Assembly: GCA_964016885.1 (NCBI GenBank)
Contig: OZ024741.1
Coordinates: 281,666,001 to 281,730,000, forward strand
Direction: 5' to 3'
From: Eledone cirrhosa
Lineage: Eukaryota
Length of the DNA stretch: 64,000 bases
The stretch's first letter is position 1, and each line of letters starts with the position of its first letter. Position numbers and translations under genes: made by a program. Below the pieces are notes generated by a model, which saw only the letters and a list, made by a program, of their open reading frames with translations, ran no database searches and was not told the DNA's origin. Positions 11,513-24,900 of this stretch are shown here, in pieces.

Positions 11513-12199
11513 CTACACTTTTCCATGCAGGTTTCTATAAAACAACCAGAATTCAAGAATATGTACTGAAATAGACAAAACTGTTTACAATAAAAGGAAA
11601 TGAGGCCTCACAGCTTTTTAATCTTTGTTTTTATAACTGAAATATTTGTTTGTATAATAATTGATGTAGTGCATTAATACTTGTTAACCAACTAAATACT
11701 CATTTCATTAGTTTAGAAGAACAAAATACAAGGCTAAAATAATGGCTGTGCGTGTGTGAACCCACACACACACATACATACATACATACATACACGTACA
11801 CACGTGTGTATGAGTATCTGTATAGTTGTCTCTATTCTTACATGTGTGAATGTGTCCAGCATTCTTATATATATATATACCCATGCTAGCGTGGAAGATA
11901 GACGTTAAACGATGATGATGATATATATGGGTGTCTTTTTATGTTTATGTTTGAGTGAAGGTCATCATCATCCTAATATGTCTATGTGTATACATGCATA
12001 TAAAATATACATATCTGTGAGATTAGTGTGTGAAAGGAAAATGAGGGCAGTTCTTGAAAAAGAGGAATGGGCAAATATATTTCCTTTTTCATACATTTGT
12101 ATAAATTAAAAGATAGATTATGAAATGCACGCACACACACATCTACATATATCGATCGACAAGATACCAGACCTCATTTGCTTACGAAGTGAGGTAGAA

Positions 12200-12392
12200 C
12201 TCATCAAATCAAACCAAGGGAATTATGTTTCCATTGGTCTTTCCATTACTGATACTATCTACCAGTCGCAGAAAGAGCAACATGAAATAAAGCGTCTTGC
12301 TCAGGGACATAGTATGTTGACTTGTCCAGGAATTAAACTTTCAACCTCATGATTGAGAATCCAATTCCCTAACCACTAAGCCACACACCTTC
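12200..12392 (-). mobile_element. tRNA-derived SINE (third variant)
   Basis: Minus-strand head GTGTGGCTTAGTGGTTAGGG (A-box-like). The body is an inverted match to about 56668-56745. Confidence 0.6.
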
Positions 12393-12442
12393 ACTAAAAC
12401 TTGAGTACAGGAGGGCAGTATTTGTACTAGTCTATCATAATT

Positions 12443-12760
12443 GAGGCAGTGAATTGGCAGAGTCTTTAGAATTTTGGATAGAGTACTCAGCTCTCTGAGC
12501 TCAAATCCTGCTGAGGTTAACTTTGTCTTTCATCCATTCAAGGTCAATAAAAAAAAGTACCAGTCTAGTACTGGGGTCGATTCTTCCACTATATTGCTTT
12601 CTTACTTCCATTCTCTCACTCTCTATTCTTTTCTGGAAGAAATCTGCTGTTTTCAGACCTGGGGAGGGATGGGCTCTGCCAGGTTTAAAATGCCCTAAAA
12701 ACGCTGTATGTGAATATGGCATCCCTGCAACTCCCCCGGGAGTTACGGGACCATGCAAAC
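12443..12760 (+). mobile_element. tRNA-derived SINE, long-tail variant
   Basis: GGCAGTGAATTGGCAGAGTC...GAGCTCAAATCC...TTTCATCCATTCAAGGTCAATAAA..GTACCAG. Its 3' part matches 7820-8000 inverted. Confidence 0.8.
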
Positions 12761-12990
12761 AGGCATTATAATTGCAGTACCTGAGATTTTCAATGTAAAA
12801 TATTAGACAATAAACACCAATTTTGAGAATTTGAACTATGGAAGGATTTGAACTATGTATTTTTCACTTGCTGTGACCAAATTACTGATTATACATGCTA
12901 TAGCCACCACCTTCCCCCACCCATTCTTAAATCTGGAACTTTACATAAATATAATCAGAAATAAGAGGATAAGACTCATTAATGAAAATT

Positions 12991-13080
12991 ACTTTACCTG
13001 TGTATTATTCCATATATACTTTGTGTATTATTTCATTTAAATATCATCACTTACCTGAAAAAAATAAATAAAAAAGTCTT
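12991..13080 (-). promoter_or_regulatory. Candidate recursive-splicing (ratchet) site with a 57-nt cryptic exon
   Basis: Minus strand reads CTTTTTTATTTATTTTTTTCAG|GTAAGT (junction 13055/13054), followed 57 nt later by CAG|GTAAAG (12998/12997). Motif evidence only. Confidence 0.45.
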
Positions 13081-13276
13081 TAATAAATATGACAAACAAA
13101 ATATGGGGAAAATAATATATATAAGAATATATATATATATACATGCATATATATGATATATTTTCATATTTATTGTTTACTAATCTGAATAAGAACAGCA
13201 GTCAGGTCATTCAGCTAGTGTGTATATATATATATATATATATATACACGGGTGTGTATGATTGTGTATAGAAGAT

Positions 13277-13574
13277 TATATTAATAAAAGGAATTCCAAC
13301 TTTGTCTGATTTACTCGTTTTATTTACAATCCTTTAAAATTTATAATTTGTGTTAATTGAACAAGTACGTTCATGCTTTCGCAATCTTCAGGTTCATACT
13401 GTGTGGTGACAGTCAAGTTTGCAATTTTCAACTGTAATGAGATGGGTAAATTTTGTGCCTTATATACAGTGAAAAATGGCTCCAGAATGCTAAATCTTGC
13501 AAACTAATACCATTATAAATTTTAAAGGATTGTAAATAAAACGAGTAAATCAGACAAAGTTGGAATTCCTTTTA

Positions 13575-13582
<8 letters not shown>
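13277..13582. mobile_element. MITE with perfect terminal inverted repeats of about 71 bp, abutting (TA)n
   Basis: 13277-13347 is the reverse complement of 13512-13582. Confidence 0.88.
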
Positions 13583-13631
<49 letters not shown>

Positions 13632-13707
13632 CGAAGGAGTTGTGGTAAGGAACCAGATGGACCATAACACACCAGAGTACTCAATACTTAGGGTAGCAGA
13701 GTGGTTA

Positions 13708-13824
13708 ATAGGAAAATGTATGACACCGACGGCAGAGCTCAAGCCGTCTTGACGGCTATTTCTAGTCCAGAAATAGCCGTTGAAACGGCTTGAACTCTGC
13801 CGTCGGGGTCATACATTTTCCTAT
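13708..13824. mobile_element. 117-bp palindromic (hairpin) element
   Basis: ATAGGAAAATGTATGAC.CCGACGGCAGAG.TCAAGCCGT...GGCTATTTCT-agtcc-AGAAATAGCC...ACGGCTTGA.CTCTGCCGTCGG.GTCATACATTTTCCTAT. Confidence 0.85.
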
Positions 13825-13825
13825 A

Positions 13826-14222
13826 TATATATAAAACAAATAGTAGAGAGGAAAAAGATATTTTCAGTAGAAAATGCTGAAGAGATTCTTTCAGTATAAT
13901 ACCCACTAACAGAGAACGAAGGACAAACACGGACAGAGATATGAACTCTCTTCTCTAAATATGTATGTAAAAACTAATCATTTTTCGTGACAAAAGTAGA
14001 AACAATTATTTTTCCCCTTTTTATTATTCATATAAATATGCAACATAACTACATTATGTATATCCACAGTTGAAAAAGCATATAATGCTGAAACCAGGAC
14101 CATTATTAAATGTAGAAATTTCCACTTTATAAATAAATGTTTTGATATTATACTGAAAGAATCTCTTCAGCATTTTATACTGAAACAATCTTTTTCCTCT
14201 CTACTATTTGTTTTTATATATA
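13826..14222. mobile_element. MITE with terminal inverted repeats of about 75 bp, flanked by TA repeats
   Basis: AAAACAAATAGTAGAGAGGAAAAAGAT...AAAATGCTGAAGAGATTCTTTCAGTATAATA (13833-13900) is inverted at 14146-14216. Confidence 0.85.
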
Positions 14223-14251
14223 TCAACTTGTGTGTTACTTTTCTACATTCC

Positions 14252-14285
<34 letters not shown>

Positions 14286-14419
14286 ATATATTTCTTTATT
14301 AGATAGATATATTTCTGAGAAAATAGTATATATATAAGAATCCAGATTACTGGAGAGAAGATTTTTTTATGGGTATGGCATTTTATATATTTATAGAAGA
14401 AAAATGTGAAGATTAGTGC

Positions 14420-14695
14420 TCTAGTGGTTTGGGTGTTTGACTCATGATCATATAAAGTCAGGAGTGCAACAAACGGTGGTGTGTTGTGTCCTTGGGCAAG
14501 ATATTTTATTTCACATTACTCCAGTAATTCAAGAGACAGCTTTGTAATACAGTGTCATGTTGAATCTCCCTGAGAACTATGTTAATGGTACATATGTCTG
14601 GAATACTCAGTCACTTGTGTGTCAATTTCTAGAGCAGGCTATTCTGTTGATCAAATCAACTAGAACACTCACTGTCAGAACCAATAGAGATCCAA
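14420..14695 (+). mobile_element. Diverged tRNA-derived SINE
   Basis: TAGTGGTT head and GTTGTGTCCTTGGGCAAG motif. The 3' part is an inverted match to 8170-8310 and 10915-11035. Confidence 0.65.
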
Positions 14696-15059
14696 CACAC
14701 AGACACACATGTATACAAACACCCACACATATACATATACACACATACATCCACACACATACTCATGGAAACAGAAGAGAAGTAAGTAGTTGCATTCATC
14801 TAAACTCAGAGCAAGACAAACTTGATAAACAGCCACACAAACTTGATAAGAAATATGTCTTCTAATGTGGTTTCATGTGGTACAGGACGTTAATAGTTAA
14901 ACAGAGAAAGGAGAAAAAGAAGTGTAGTTTGGTGGAGGTAAAGGGAGGATACATTACTAAAAGTGTTATAATTATCAGACTTGAAAAAAATACTGGAGTT
15001 GATATAATTGACTTAATCAAGAAGGTTCTCCAACATGGCCACAGTCTAATGACTGATTA

Positions 15060-15608
15060 AACAGATATATTTAACCAGATATATCTCCAATACTGTCTAG
15101 ATTTAACCAGACATATCTCTGATACTGACCAGATTTACCCAGATATATAGCAAAAAAGCACCCAGCCCACACTGTAAAGTGGACATGCAGGCGCCACGGA
15201 AAAAAGGCACCCAGCACTGACGGTAAGTGGGGTTGGTGATAGGAAGGGCATCCAGCTGTAGAAATCAAACCAGATTCAGTTGCCGTATGAGCAAGACAAG
15301 GTCAGCCGACCGGACACTGCCCACAACAGGACAACCTGTCTAACCCATGCTAGCGTAGAAGAACGGATATAAAATGGTGATGATGATGATGATGATGATG
15401 ATCTCTGACACTGACCAGATTTAACCAGACATATCCCTGATACTAACCAGATTTAATCAGACATACTGACCAGATTTAACCAGACATATCTCCAATACTG
15501 ACCAAATTTAACCAGATATGTCATATCTCTGATACTAACCAGATTTAACCAGACATCTCTGACACTGACCAGATATATCGCTGACACTGACCAGATTTAA
15601 CCAGACAC
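15060..15608. repeat. Degenerate minisatellite of about 32 bp (CCAGATTTAACCAGACATATCTCTGATACTGA) split by an RTE 3' fragment
   Basis: Units visible at 15060-15148 and 15402-15608. Confidence 0.8.
15149..15402 (+). mobile_element. RTE LINE 3' UTR fragment with (GAT)n tail
   Basis: Closely matches 10408-10660. Confidence 0.9.
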
Positions 15609-15986
15609 ATAATATACATGAAGCAGATGAGATAAATAATTATAGAATTTAGTTCAGTGGTTGATGTGTAATATTTCATGAGAGATTAGAAAAAACCCTC
15701 ACTGCAGCCACCATCACCAAAATAAAATAAAGATTTCATATTTTGTACAAATGCCATGTACTGATAGAAATTTAAAATTAGTCTTAAAAAATTAAAAATT
15801 GTGAAAATAAAAAAAAACACACTTTACTAAAACTATTTAAATAGAAACCTGTCTATTACATACTAATTTGAAACACCTTGTGGTTTGTTTGCATTACAAA
15901 CTGACAAGAGACACCACTAAAATGACATCAATAATTAATTATTCCTGGAGATAAAAACATTGAAAAGTGTCAGCTTTATATGGCAA

Positions 15987-18900
15987 TCAAGGTAACATTA
16001 TATACATCAGAGTACTAATGTTGTTTACTTCATCATCAGCACTGATCAGAGCACTAATGTTGTTTACTTCATCATCAGCACTGATCAGAGCACTAATGTT
16101 GTTTACTTCATCATCAGCACTGATCAGAGTACTAATGTTGTTTACTTCATCATCAGCACTGATCAGAGTACTAGTGTTGTTTACTTCAACACTGATCAGA
16201 GTACTAGTGTTGTTTACTTCAACACTGTTCAGAGCACTAGTGTTGTTTACTTCAACACTGATCAGAGCACTAGTGTTGTTTACTTCATCATCAGCACTGA
16301 TCAGAGTACTAGTGTTGTTTACTTCAACATCAGCACTGATCAAAGCACTAGTGTTGTTTACTTCAACATCAGCACTGATCAGAGCACTAGTGTTGTTTAC
16401 TTCAACATCAGCACTGATCAGAGCACTAGTGTTGTTTACTTCAACATCAGCACTGATCAGAGCACTAGTGTTGTTTACTTCAACATCAGCACTGATCAGA
16501 GCACTAGTGTTGTTTACTTCAACACTGATCAAAGCACTAGTGTTGTTTACTTCAACATCAGCACTGATCAAAGCACTAGTGTTGTTTACTTCAACATCAG
16601 CACTGATCAGAGCACTAGTGTTGTTTACTTCAACATCAGCACTGATCAGAGCACTAGTGTTGTTTACTTCAACATCAGCACTGATCAGAGCACTAGTGTT
16701 GTTTACTTCAACACTGATCAAAGCACTAGTGTTGTTTACTTCAACATCAGCACTGATCAGAGTACTAGTGTTGTTTACTTCAACATCAGCACTGATCAGA
16801 GCACTAGTGTTGTTTACTTCAACATCAGCACTGATCAGAGCACTAGTGTTGTTTACTTCAACACTGATCAAAGCACTAGTGTTGTTTACTTCAACATCAG
16901 CACTGATCAAAGCACTAGTGTTGTTTACTTCAACACTGATCAAAGCACTAGTGTTGTTTACTTCAACATCAGCACTGATCAGAGCACTAGTGTTGTTTAC
17001 TTCAACACTGATCAGAGCACTAGTGTTGTTTACTTCAACATCAGCACTGATCAGAGTACTAGTGTTGTTTACTTCAACACTGATCAGAGCACTAGTGTTG
17101 TTTACTTCAACATTGATCAGAGCACTAGTGTTGTTTACTTCAACACTGATCAGAGTACTAGTGTTGTTTACTTCAACATCAGCACTGATCAAAGAACTAG
17201 TGTTGTTTACTTCAACATCAGCACTGATCAGAGCACTAGTGTTGTTTACTTCAACACTGATCAGAGTACTAGTGTTGTTTACTTCAACATCAGCACTGAT
17301 CAGAGTACTAGTGTTGTTTACTTCAACATCAGCACTGATCAGAGCACTAGTGTTGTTTACTTCAACATCAGCACTGATCAGAGCACTAGTGTTGTTTACT
17401 TCAACACTGATCAAAGCACTAGTGTTGTTTACTTCAACACTGATCAAAGCACTAGTGTTGTTTACTTCAACACTGATCAAAGCACTAGTGTTGTTTACTT
17501 CAACACTGATCAAAGCACTAGTGTTGTTTACTTCAACACTGATCAGAGCACTAGTGTTGTTTACTTCAACATTGATCAGAGCACTAGTGTTGTTTACTTC
17601 AACACTGATCAGAGTACTAGTGTTGTTTACTTCAACATCAGCACTGATCAGAGCACTAGTGTTGTTTACTTCATCATCAGCACTGATCAGAGTACTAGTG
17701 TTGTTTACTTCATCATCAACACTGATCAGAGTATTAGTGTTGTTTACTTCAACATCAGCACTGATCAGAGTACTAGTGTTGTTTACTTCAACACTGATCA
17801 GAGTACTAGTGTTGTTTACTTCATCATCAGCACTGATCAGAGTATTAGTGTTGTTTACTTCAACATCAGCACTGATCAGAGCACTAGTGTTGTTTACTTC
17901 AACACTGATCAGAGTACTAGTGTTGTTTACTTCATCATCAACACTGATCAGAGCACTAGTGTTGTTTACTTCAACACTGATCAGAGCACTAGTGTTGTTT
18001 ACTTCAACATCAGCACTGATCAGAGCACTAGTGTTGTTTACTTCAACATCAACACTGATCAGAGTACTAGTGTTGTTTACTTCAACATCAGCACTGATCA
18101 GAGCACTAGTGTTGTTTACTTCAACATCAGCACTGATCAGAGTACTAGTGTTGTTTACTTCAACATCAGCACTGATCAGAGCACTAGTGTTGTTTACTTC
18201 AACATCAGCACTGATCAGAGTACTAGTGTTGTTTACTTCAACATCAGCACTGATCAGAGTATTAGTGTTGTTTACTTCAACATCAGCACTGATCAGAGTA
18301 TTAGTGTTGTTTACTTCAACATCAGCACTGATCAGAGCACTAGTGTTGTTTACTTCAACATCAACACTGATCAGAGCACTAGTGTTGTTTACTTCAACAT
18401 CAGCACTGATCAGAGCACTAGTGTTGTTTACTTCAACATCAACACTGATCAGAGTACTAGTGTTGTTTACTTCAACATCAGCACTGATCAGAGCACTAGT
18501 GTTGTTTACTTCAACATCAGCACTGATCAGAGTACTAGTGTTGTTTACTTCAACATCAGCACTGATCAGAGCACTAGTGTTGTTTACTTCAACATCAGCA
18601 CTGATCAGAGCATTAGTGTTGTTTACTTCAACATCAGCACTGATCAGAGCACTAGTGTTGTTTACTTCAACATCAACACTGATCAGAGTACTAGTGTTGT
18701 TTACTTCAACATCAGCACTGATCAGAGCACTAGTGTTGTTTACTTCAACATCAGCACTGATCAGAGTACTAGTGTTGTTTACTTCAACATCAGCACTGAT
18801 CAGAGTACTAGTGTTGTTTACTTCAACATCAGCACTGATCAGAGTATTAGTGTTGTTTACTTCAACATCAGCACTGATCAGAGTACTAGTGTTGTTTACT

Positions 18901-21900
18901 TCAACACTGATCAGAGTACTAGTGTTGTTTACTTCATCATCAGCACTGATCAGAGTATTAGTGTTGTTTACTTCAACACTGATCAGAGTACTAGTGTTGT
19001 TTACTTCATCATCAACACTGATCAGAGCACTAGTGTTGTTTACTTCAACATCAGCACTGATCAGAGCACTAGTGTTGTTTACTTCAACACTGATCAGAGT
19101 ACTAGTGTTGTTTACTTCAACATCAGCACTGATCAGAGCACTAGTGTTGTTTACTTCAACATCAACACTGATCAGAGTATTAGTGTTGTTTACTTCAACA
19201 TCAGCACTGATCAGAGTACTAGTGTTGTTTACTTCAACATCAGCACTGATCAGAGTACTAGTGTTGTTTACTTCATCATCAGCACTGATCAGAGTATTAG
19301 TGTTGTTTACTTCAACATCAGCACTGATCAGAGTACTAGTGTTGTTTACTTCATCATCAGCACTGATCAGAGTATTAGTGTTGTTTACTTCAACACTGAT
19401 CAGAGTACTAGTGTTGTTTACTTCATCATCAACACTGATCAGAGCACTAGTGTTGTTTACTTCAACATCAGCACTGATCAGAGCACTAGTGTTGTTTACT
19501 TCAACACTGATCAGAGTACTAGTGTTGTTTACTTCAACATCAGCACTGATCAGAGCACTAGTGTTGTTTACTTCAACATCAGCACTGATCAGAGCACTAG
19601 TGTTGTTTACTTCATCATCAACACTGATCAGAGCACTAGTGTTGTTTACTTCAACATCAGCCCTGATCAGAGTACTAGTGTTGTTTACTTCAACACTGAT
19701 CAGAGTACTAGTGTTGTTTACTTCAACATCAGCACTGATCAGAGTACTAGTGTTGTTTACTTCAACATCAGCACTGATCAGAGTACTAGTGTTGTTTACT
19801 TCAACATCAGCACTGATCAGAGTATTAGTGTTGTTTACTTCAACACTGATCAGAGTACTAGTGTTGTTTACTTCATCATCAGCACTGATCAGAGTATTAG
19901 TGTTGTTTACTTCAACATCAGCACTGATCAGAGTACTAGTGTTGTTTACTTCATCATCAGCACTGATCAGAGTATTAGTGTTGTTTACTTCATCATCAGC
20001 ACTGATCAGAGTACTAGTGTTGTTTACTTCAACACTGATCAGAGTACTAGTGTTGTTTACTTCATCATCAGCACTGATCAGAGTATTAGTGTTGTTTACT
20101 TCAACATCAGCACTGATCAGAGTACTAGTGTTGTTTACTTCAACACTGATCAGAGTACTAGTGTTGTTTACTTCAACATCAGCACTGATCAGAGTACTAG
20201 TGTTGTTTACTTCAACATCAGCACTGATCAGAGTACTAGTGTTGTTTACTTCAACATCAGCACTGATCAGAGTACTAGTGTTGTTTACTTCAACATCAGC
20301 ACTGATCAGAGTATTAGTGTTGTTTACTTCAACACTGATCAGAGTACTAGTGTTGTTTACTTCATCATCAGCACTGATCAGAGTATTAGTGTTGTTTACT
20401 TCAACATCAGCACTGATCAGAGTACTAGTGTTGTTTACTTCATCATCAGCACTGATCAGAGTATTAGTGTTGTTTACTTCATCATCAGCACTGATCAGAG
20501 TATTAGTGTTGTTTACTTCAACATCAGCACTGATCAGAGCACTAGTGTTGTTTACTTCAACATCAGCACTGATCAGAGTACTAGCGTTGTTTACTTCAAC
20601 ACTGATCAGAGCACTAGTGTTGTTTACTTCAACATCAGCACTGATCAAAGCACTAGCGTTGTTTACTTCAACATCAGCACTGATCAGAGTACTAGCGTTG
20701 TTTACTTCAACACTGATCAGAGTACTAGTGCTGTTTACTTCAACACTGATCAGAGTACTAGTGTTGTTTACTTCAACACTGATCAGAGCACTAGTGTTGT
20801 TTACTTCAACATCAGCACTGATCAGAGCACTAGTGTTGTTTACTTCAACATCAGCACTGATCAGAGCACTAGTGTTGTTTACTTCAACATCAGCACTGAT
20901 CAGAGTACTAGTGTTGTTTACTTCAACATCAGCACTGATCAGAGTACTAGTGTTGTTTACTTCAACATCAGCACTGATCAGAGTACTAGCGTTGTTTACT
21001 TCAACACTGATCAGAGCACTAGTGTTGTTTACTTCAACATCAGCACTGATCAGAGTACTAGTGTTGTTTACTTCAGCACTGATCAGAGCACTAGTGTTGT
21101 TTACTTCAACATCAGCACTGATCAGAGTACTAGTGTTGTTTACTTCAACATCAGCACTGATCAGAGTACTAGTGTTGTTTACTTCAGCACTGATCAGAGT
21201 ACTAGTGTTGTTTACTTCAACATCAGCACTGATCAGAGTACTAGTGTTGTTTACTTCAGCACTGATCAGAGCACTAGTGTTGTTTACTTCATCATCAGCA
21301 CTGATCAGAGTACTAGTGTTGTTTACTTCAACATCAGCACTGATCAGAGTACTAGTGTTGTTTACTTCAACATCAGCACTGATCAGAGTACTAGTGTTGT
21401 TTACTTCATCATCAGCACTGTTCAGAGCACTAGTGTTGTTTACTTCAACATCAGCACTGATCAGAGTACTAGTGTTGTTTACTTCAACACTGATCAAAGC
21501 ACTAGTGTTGTTTACTTCAACATCAGCACTGATCAGAGCACTAGTGTTGTTTACTTCAACACTGATCAAAGCACTAGTGTTGTTTACTTCAACATCAGCA
21601 CTGATCAGAGTACTAGTGTTGTTTACTTCAACATCAGCACTGATCAGAGTACTAGTGTTGTTTACTTCAACACTGATCAGAGCACTAGTGTTGTTTACTT
21701 CAACATCAGCACTGATCAGAGCACTAGTGTTGTTTACTTCAACACTGATCAGAGCACTAGTGTTGTTTACTTCAACATCAGCACTGATCGGAGCACTAGT
21801 GTTGTTTACTTCAACACTGATCAGAGTACTAGTGTTGTTTACTTCAACATCAGCACTGATCAGAGTACTAGTGTTGTTTACTTCAACATCAGCACTGATC

Positions 21901-24900
21901 AGAGCACTAGTGTTATTTACTTCAACATCAGCACTGATCAGAGCACTAGTGTTGTTTACTTCAACATCAGCACTGATCAGAGTACTAGTGTTGTTTACTT
22001 CAACATCAGCACTGATCAGAGCACTAGTGTTGTTTACTTCAACACTGATCAGAGCACTAGTGTTGTTTACTTCAACATCAGCACTGATCGGAGCACTAGT
22101 GTTGTTTACTTCAGCACTGATCAGAGTACTAGTGTTGTTTACTTCAACATCAGCACTGATCAGAGCACTAGTGTTGTTTACTTCAACACTGATCAGAGTA
22201 CTAGTGTTGTTTACTTCAACATCAGCACTGATCAGAGTACTAGTGTTGTTTACTTCAACATCAGCACTGATCAGAGCACTAGTGTTGTTTACTTCAACAT
22301 CAGCACTGATCAGAGCACTAGTGTTGTTTACTTCAACATCAGCACTGATCAGAGTACTAGTGTTGTTTACTTCAACATCAGCACTGATCAGAGTACTAGT
22401 GTTGTTTACTTCAACATCAACACTGATCAGAGTACTAGTGTTGTTTACTTCAACACTGATCAGAGCACTAGTGTTGTTTACTTCAACATCAGCACTGATC
22501 AGAGCACTAGTGTTGTTTACTTCAACACTGATCAGAGCACTAGTGTTGTTTACTTCAACATCAGCACTGATCAGAGCACTAGTGTTGTTTACTTCAACAC
22601 TGTTCAGAGTACTAGTGTTGTTTACTTCAACATCAGCACTGATCAGAGTACTAGTGTTGTTTACTTCAACACTGATCAGAGCACTAGTGTTGTTTACTTC
22701 AACATCAGCACTGATCAGAGCACTAGTGTTGTTTACTTCAACATCAGCACTGATCAGAGTACTAGTGTTGTTTACTTCAACATCAGCACTGATCAGAGCA
22801 CTAGTGTTGTTTACTTCATCATCAGCACTGATCAGAGTACTAGTGTTGTTTACTTCAACATCAGCACTGATCAGAGTACTAGTGTTGTTTACTTCAACAT
22901 CAGCACTGATCAGAGCACTAGTGTTGTTTACTTCAACACTGATCAGAGTACTAGTGTTGTTTACTTCAACACTGATCAGAGTACTAGTGTTGTTTACTTC
23001 AACACTGATCAGAGCACTAGTGTTGTTTACTTCAACACTGATCAGAGTACTAGTGTTGTTTACTTCAACACTGATCAGAGTACTAGTGTTGTTTACTTCA
23101 ACACTGATCAGAGTACTAGTGTTGTTTACTTCAACACTGATCAGAGCACTAGTGTTGTTTACTTCAACACTGATCAGAGTACTAGTGTTGTTTACTTCAA
23201 CACTGATCAGAGAACTAGTGTTGTTTACTTCAACACTGATCAGAGCACTAGTGTTGTTTACTTCATCATCAGCACTGATCAGAGTACTAGTGTTGTTTAC
23301 TTCAACATCAGCACTGATCAGAGCACTAGTGTTGTTTACTTCAACATCAGCACTGATCAGAGCACTAGTGTTGTTTACTTCAACATCAGCACTGATCAGA
23401 GTACTAGCGTTGTTTACTTCAACACTGATCAGAGCACTAGTGTTGTTTACTTCAACACTGATCAGAGCACTAGTGTTGTTTACTTCAACACTGATCAGAG
23501 CACTAGTGTTGTTTACTTCAACATCAACACTGTTCAGAGCACTAGTGTTGTTTACTTCAACATCAGCACTGATCAGAGCACTAGTGTTGTTTACTTCAAC
23601 ATCAGCACTGATCAGAGTACTAGTGTTGTTTACTTCAACATCAGCACTGATCAGAGCACTAGTGTTGTTTACTTCAACATCAGCACTGATCAGAGTACTA
23701 GTGTTGTTTACTTCAATACTGTTCAGAGCACTAGTGTTGTTTACTTCAACACTGATCAGAGTACTAGTGTTGTTTACTTCAACACTGATCAGAGTACTAG
23801 TGTTGTTTACTTCAACACTGATCAGAGTACTAGTGTTGTTTACTTCAACACTGATCAGAGCACTAGTGTTGTTTACTTCAACACTGATCAGAGTACTAGT
23901 GTTGTTTACTTCAACACTGATCAGAGCACTAGTGTTGTTTACTTCAACACTGATCAGAGCACTAGTGTTGTTTACTTCAACACTGATCAGAGCACTAGTG
24001 TTGTTTACTTCAACATCAACACTGTTCAGAGCACTAGTGTTGTTTACTTCAACATCAGCACTGATCAGAGCACTAGTGTTGTTTACTTCAACATCAGCAC
24101 TGATCAGAGTACTAGTGTTGTTTACTTCATCATCAGCACTGATCAGAGCACTAGTGTTGTTTACTTCAACATCAGCACTGATCAGAGTACTAGTGTTGTT
24201 TACTTCAACATCAGCACTGATCAGAGCACTAGTGTTGTTTACTTCAACACTGATCAGAGTACTAGTGTTGTTTACTTCAACATCAGCACTGATCAGAGCA
24301 CTAGTGTTGTTTACTTCAACACTGATCAGAGTACTAGTGTTGTTTACTTCAACATCAGCACTGATCAGAGCACTAGTGTTGTTTACTTCAACATCAGCAC
24401 TGATCAGAGTACTAGTGTTGTTTACTTCATCATCAACACTGATCAGAGCACTAGTGTTGTTTACTTCAACATCAGCACTGATCAGAGTACTAGTGTTGTT
24501 TACTTCAACATCAGCACTGATCAGAGTACTAGTGTTGTTTACTTCAACATCAGCACTGATCAGAGTACTAGTGTTGTTTACTTCAACATCAGCACTGATC
24601 AGAGTACTAGTGTTGTTTACTTCAACATCAGCACTGATCAGAGTACTAGTGTTGTTTACTTCAACATCAGCACTGATCAGAGTACTAGTGTTGTTTACTT
24701 CAACACTGATCAGAGCACTAGTGTTGTTTACTTCAACACTGTTCAGAGCACTAGTGTTGTTTACTTCAACATCAGCACTGATCAGAGTACTAGTGTTGTT
24801 TACTTCAACATCAGCACTGATCAGAGTACTAGTGTTGTTTACTTCAACACTGATCAGAGTACTAGTGTTGTTTACTTCAACATCAGCACTGATCAGAGTA

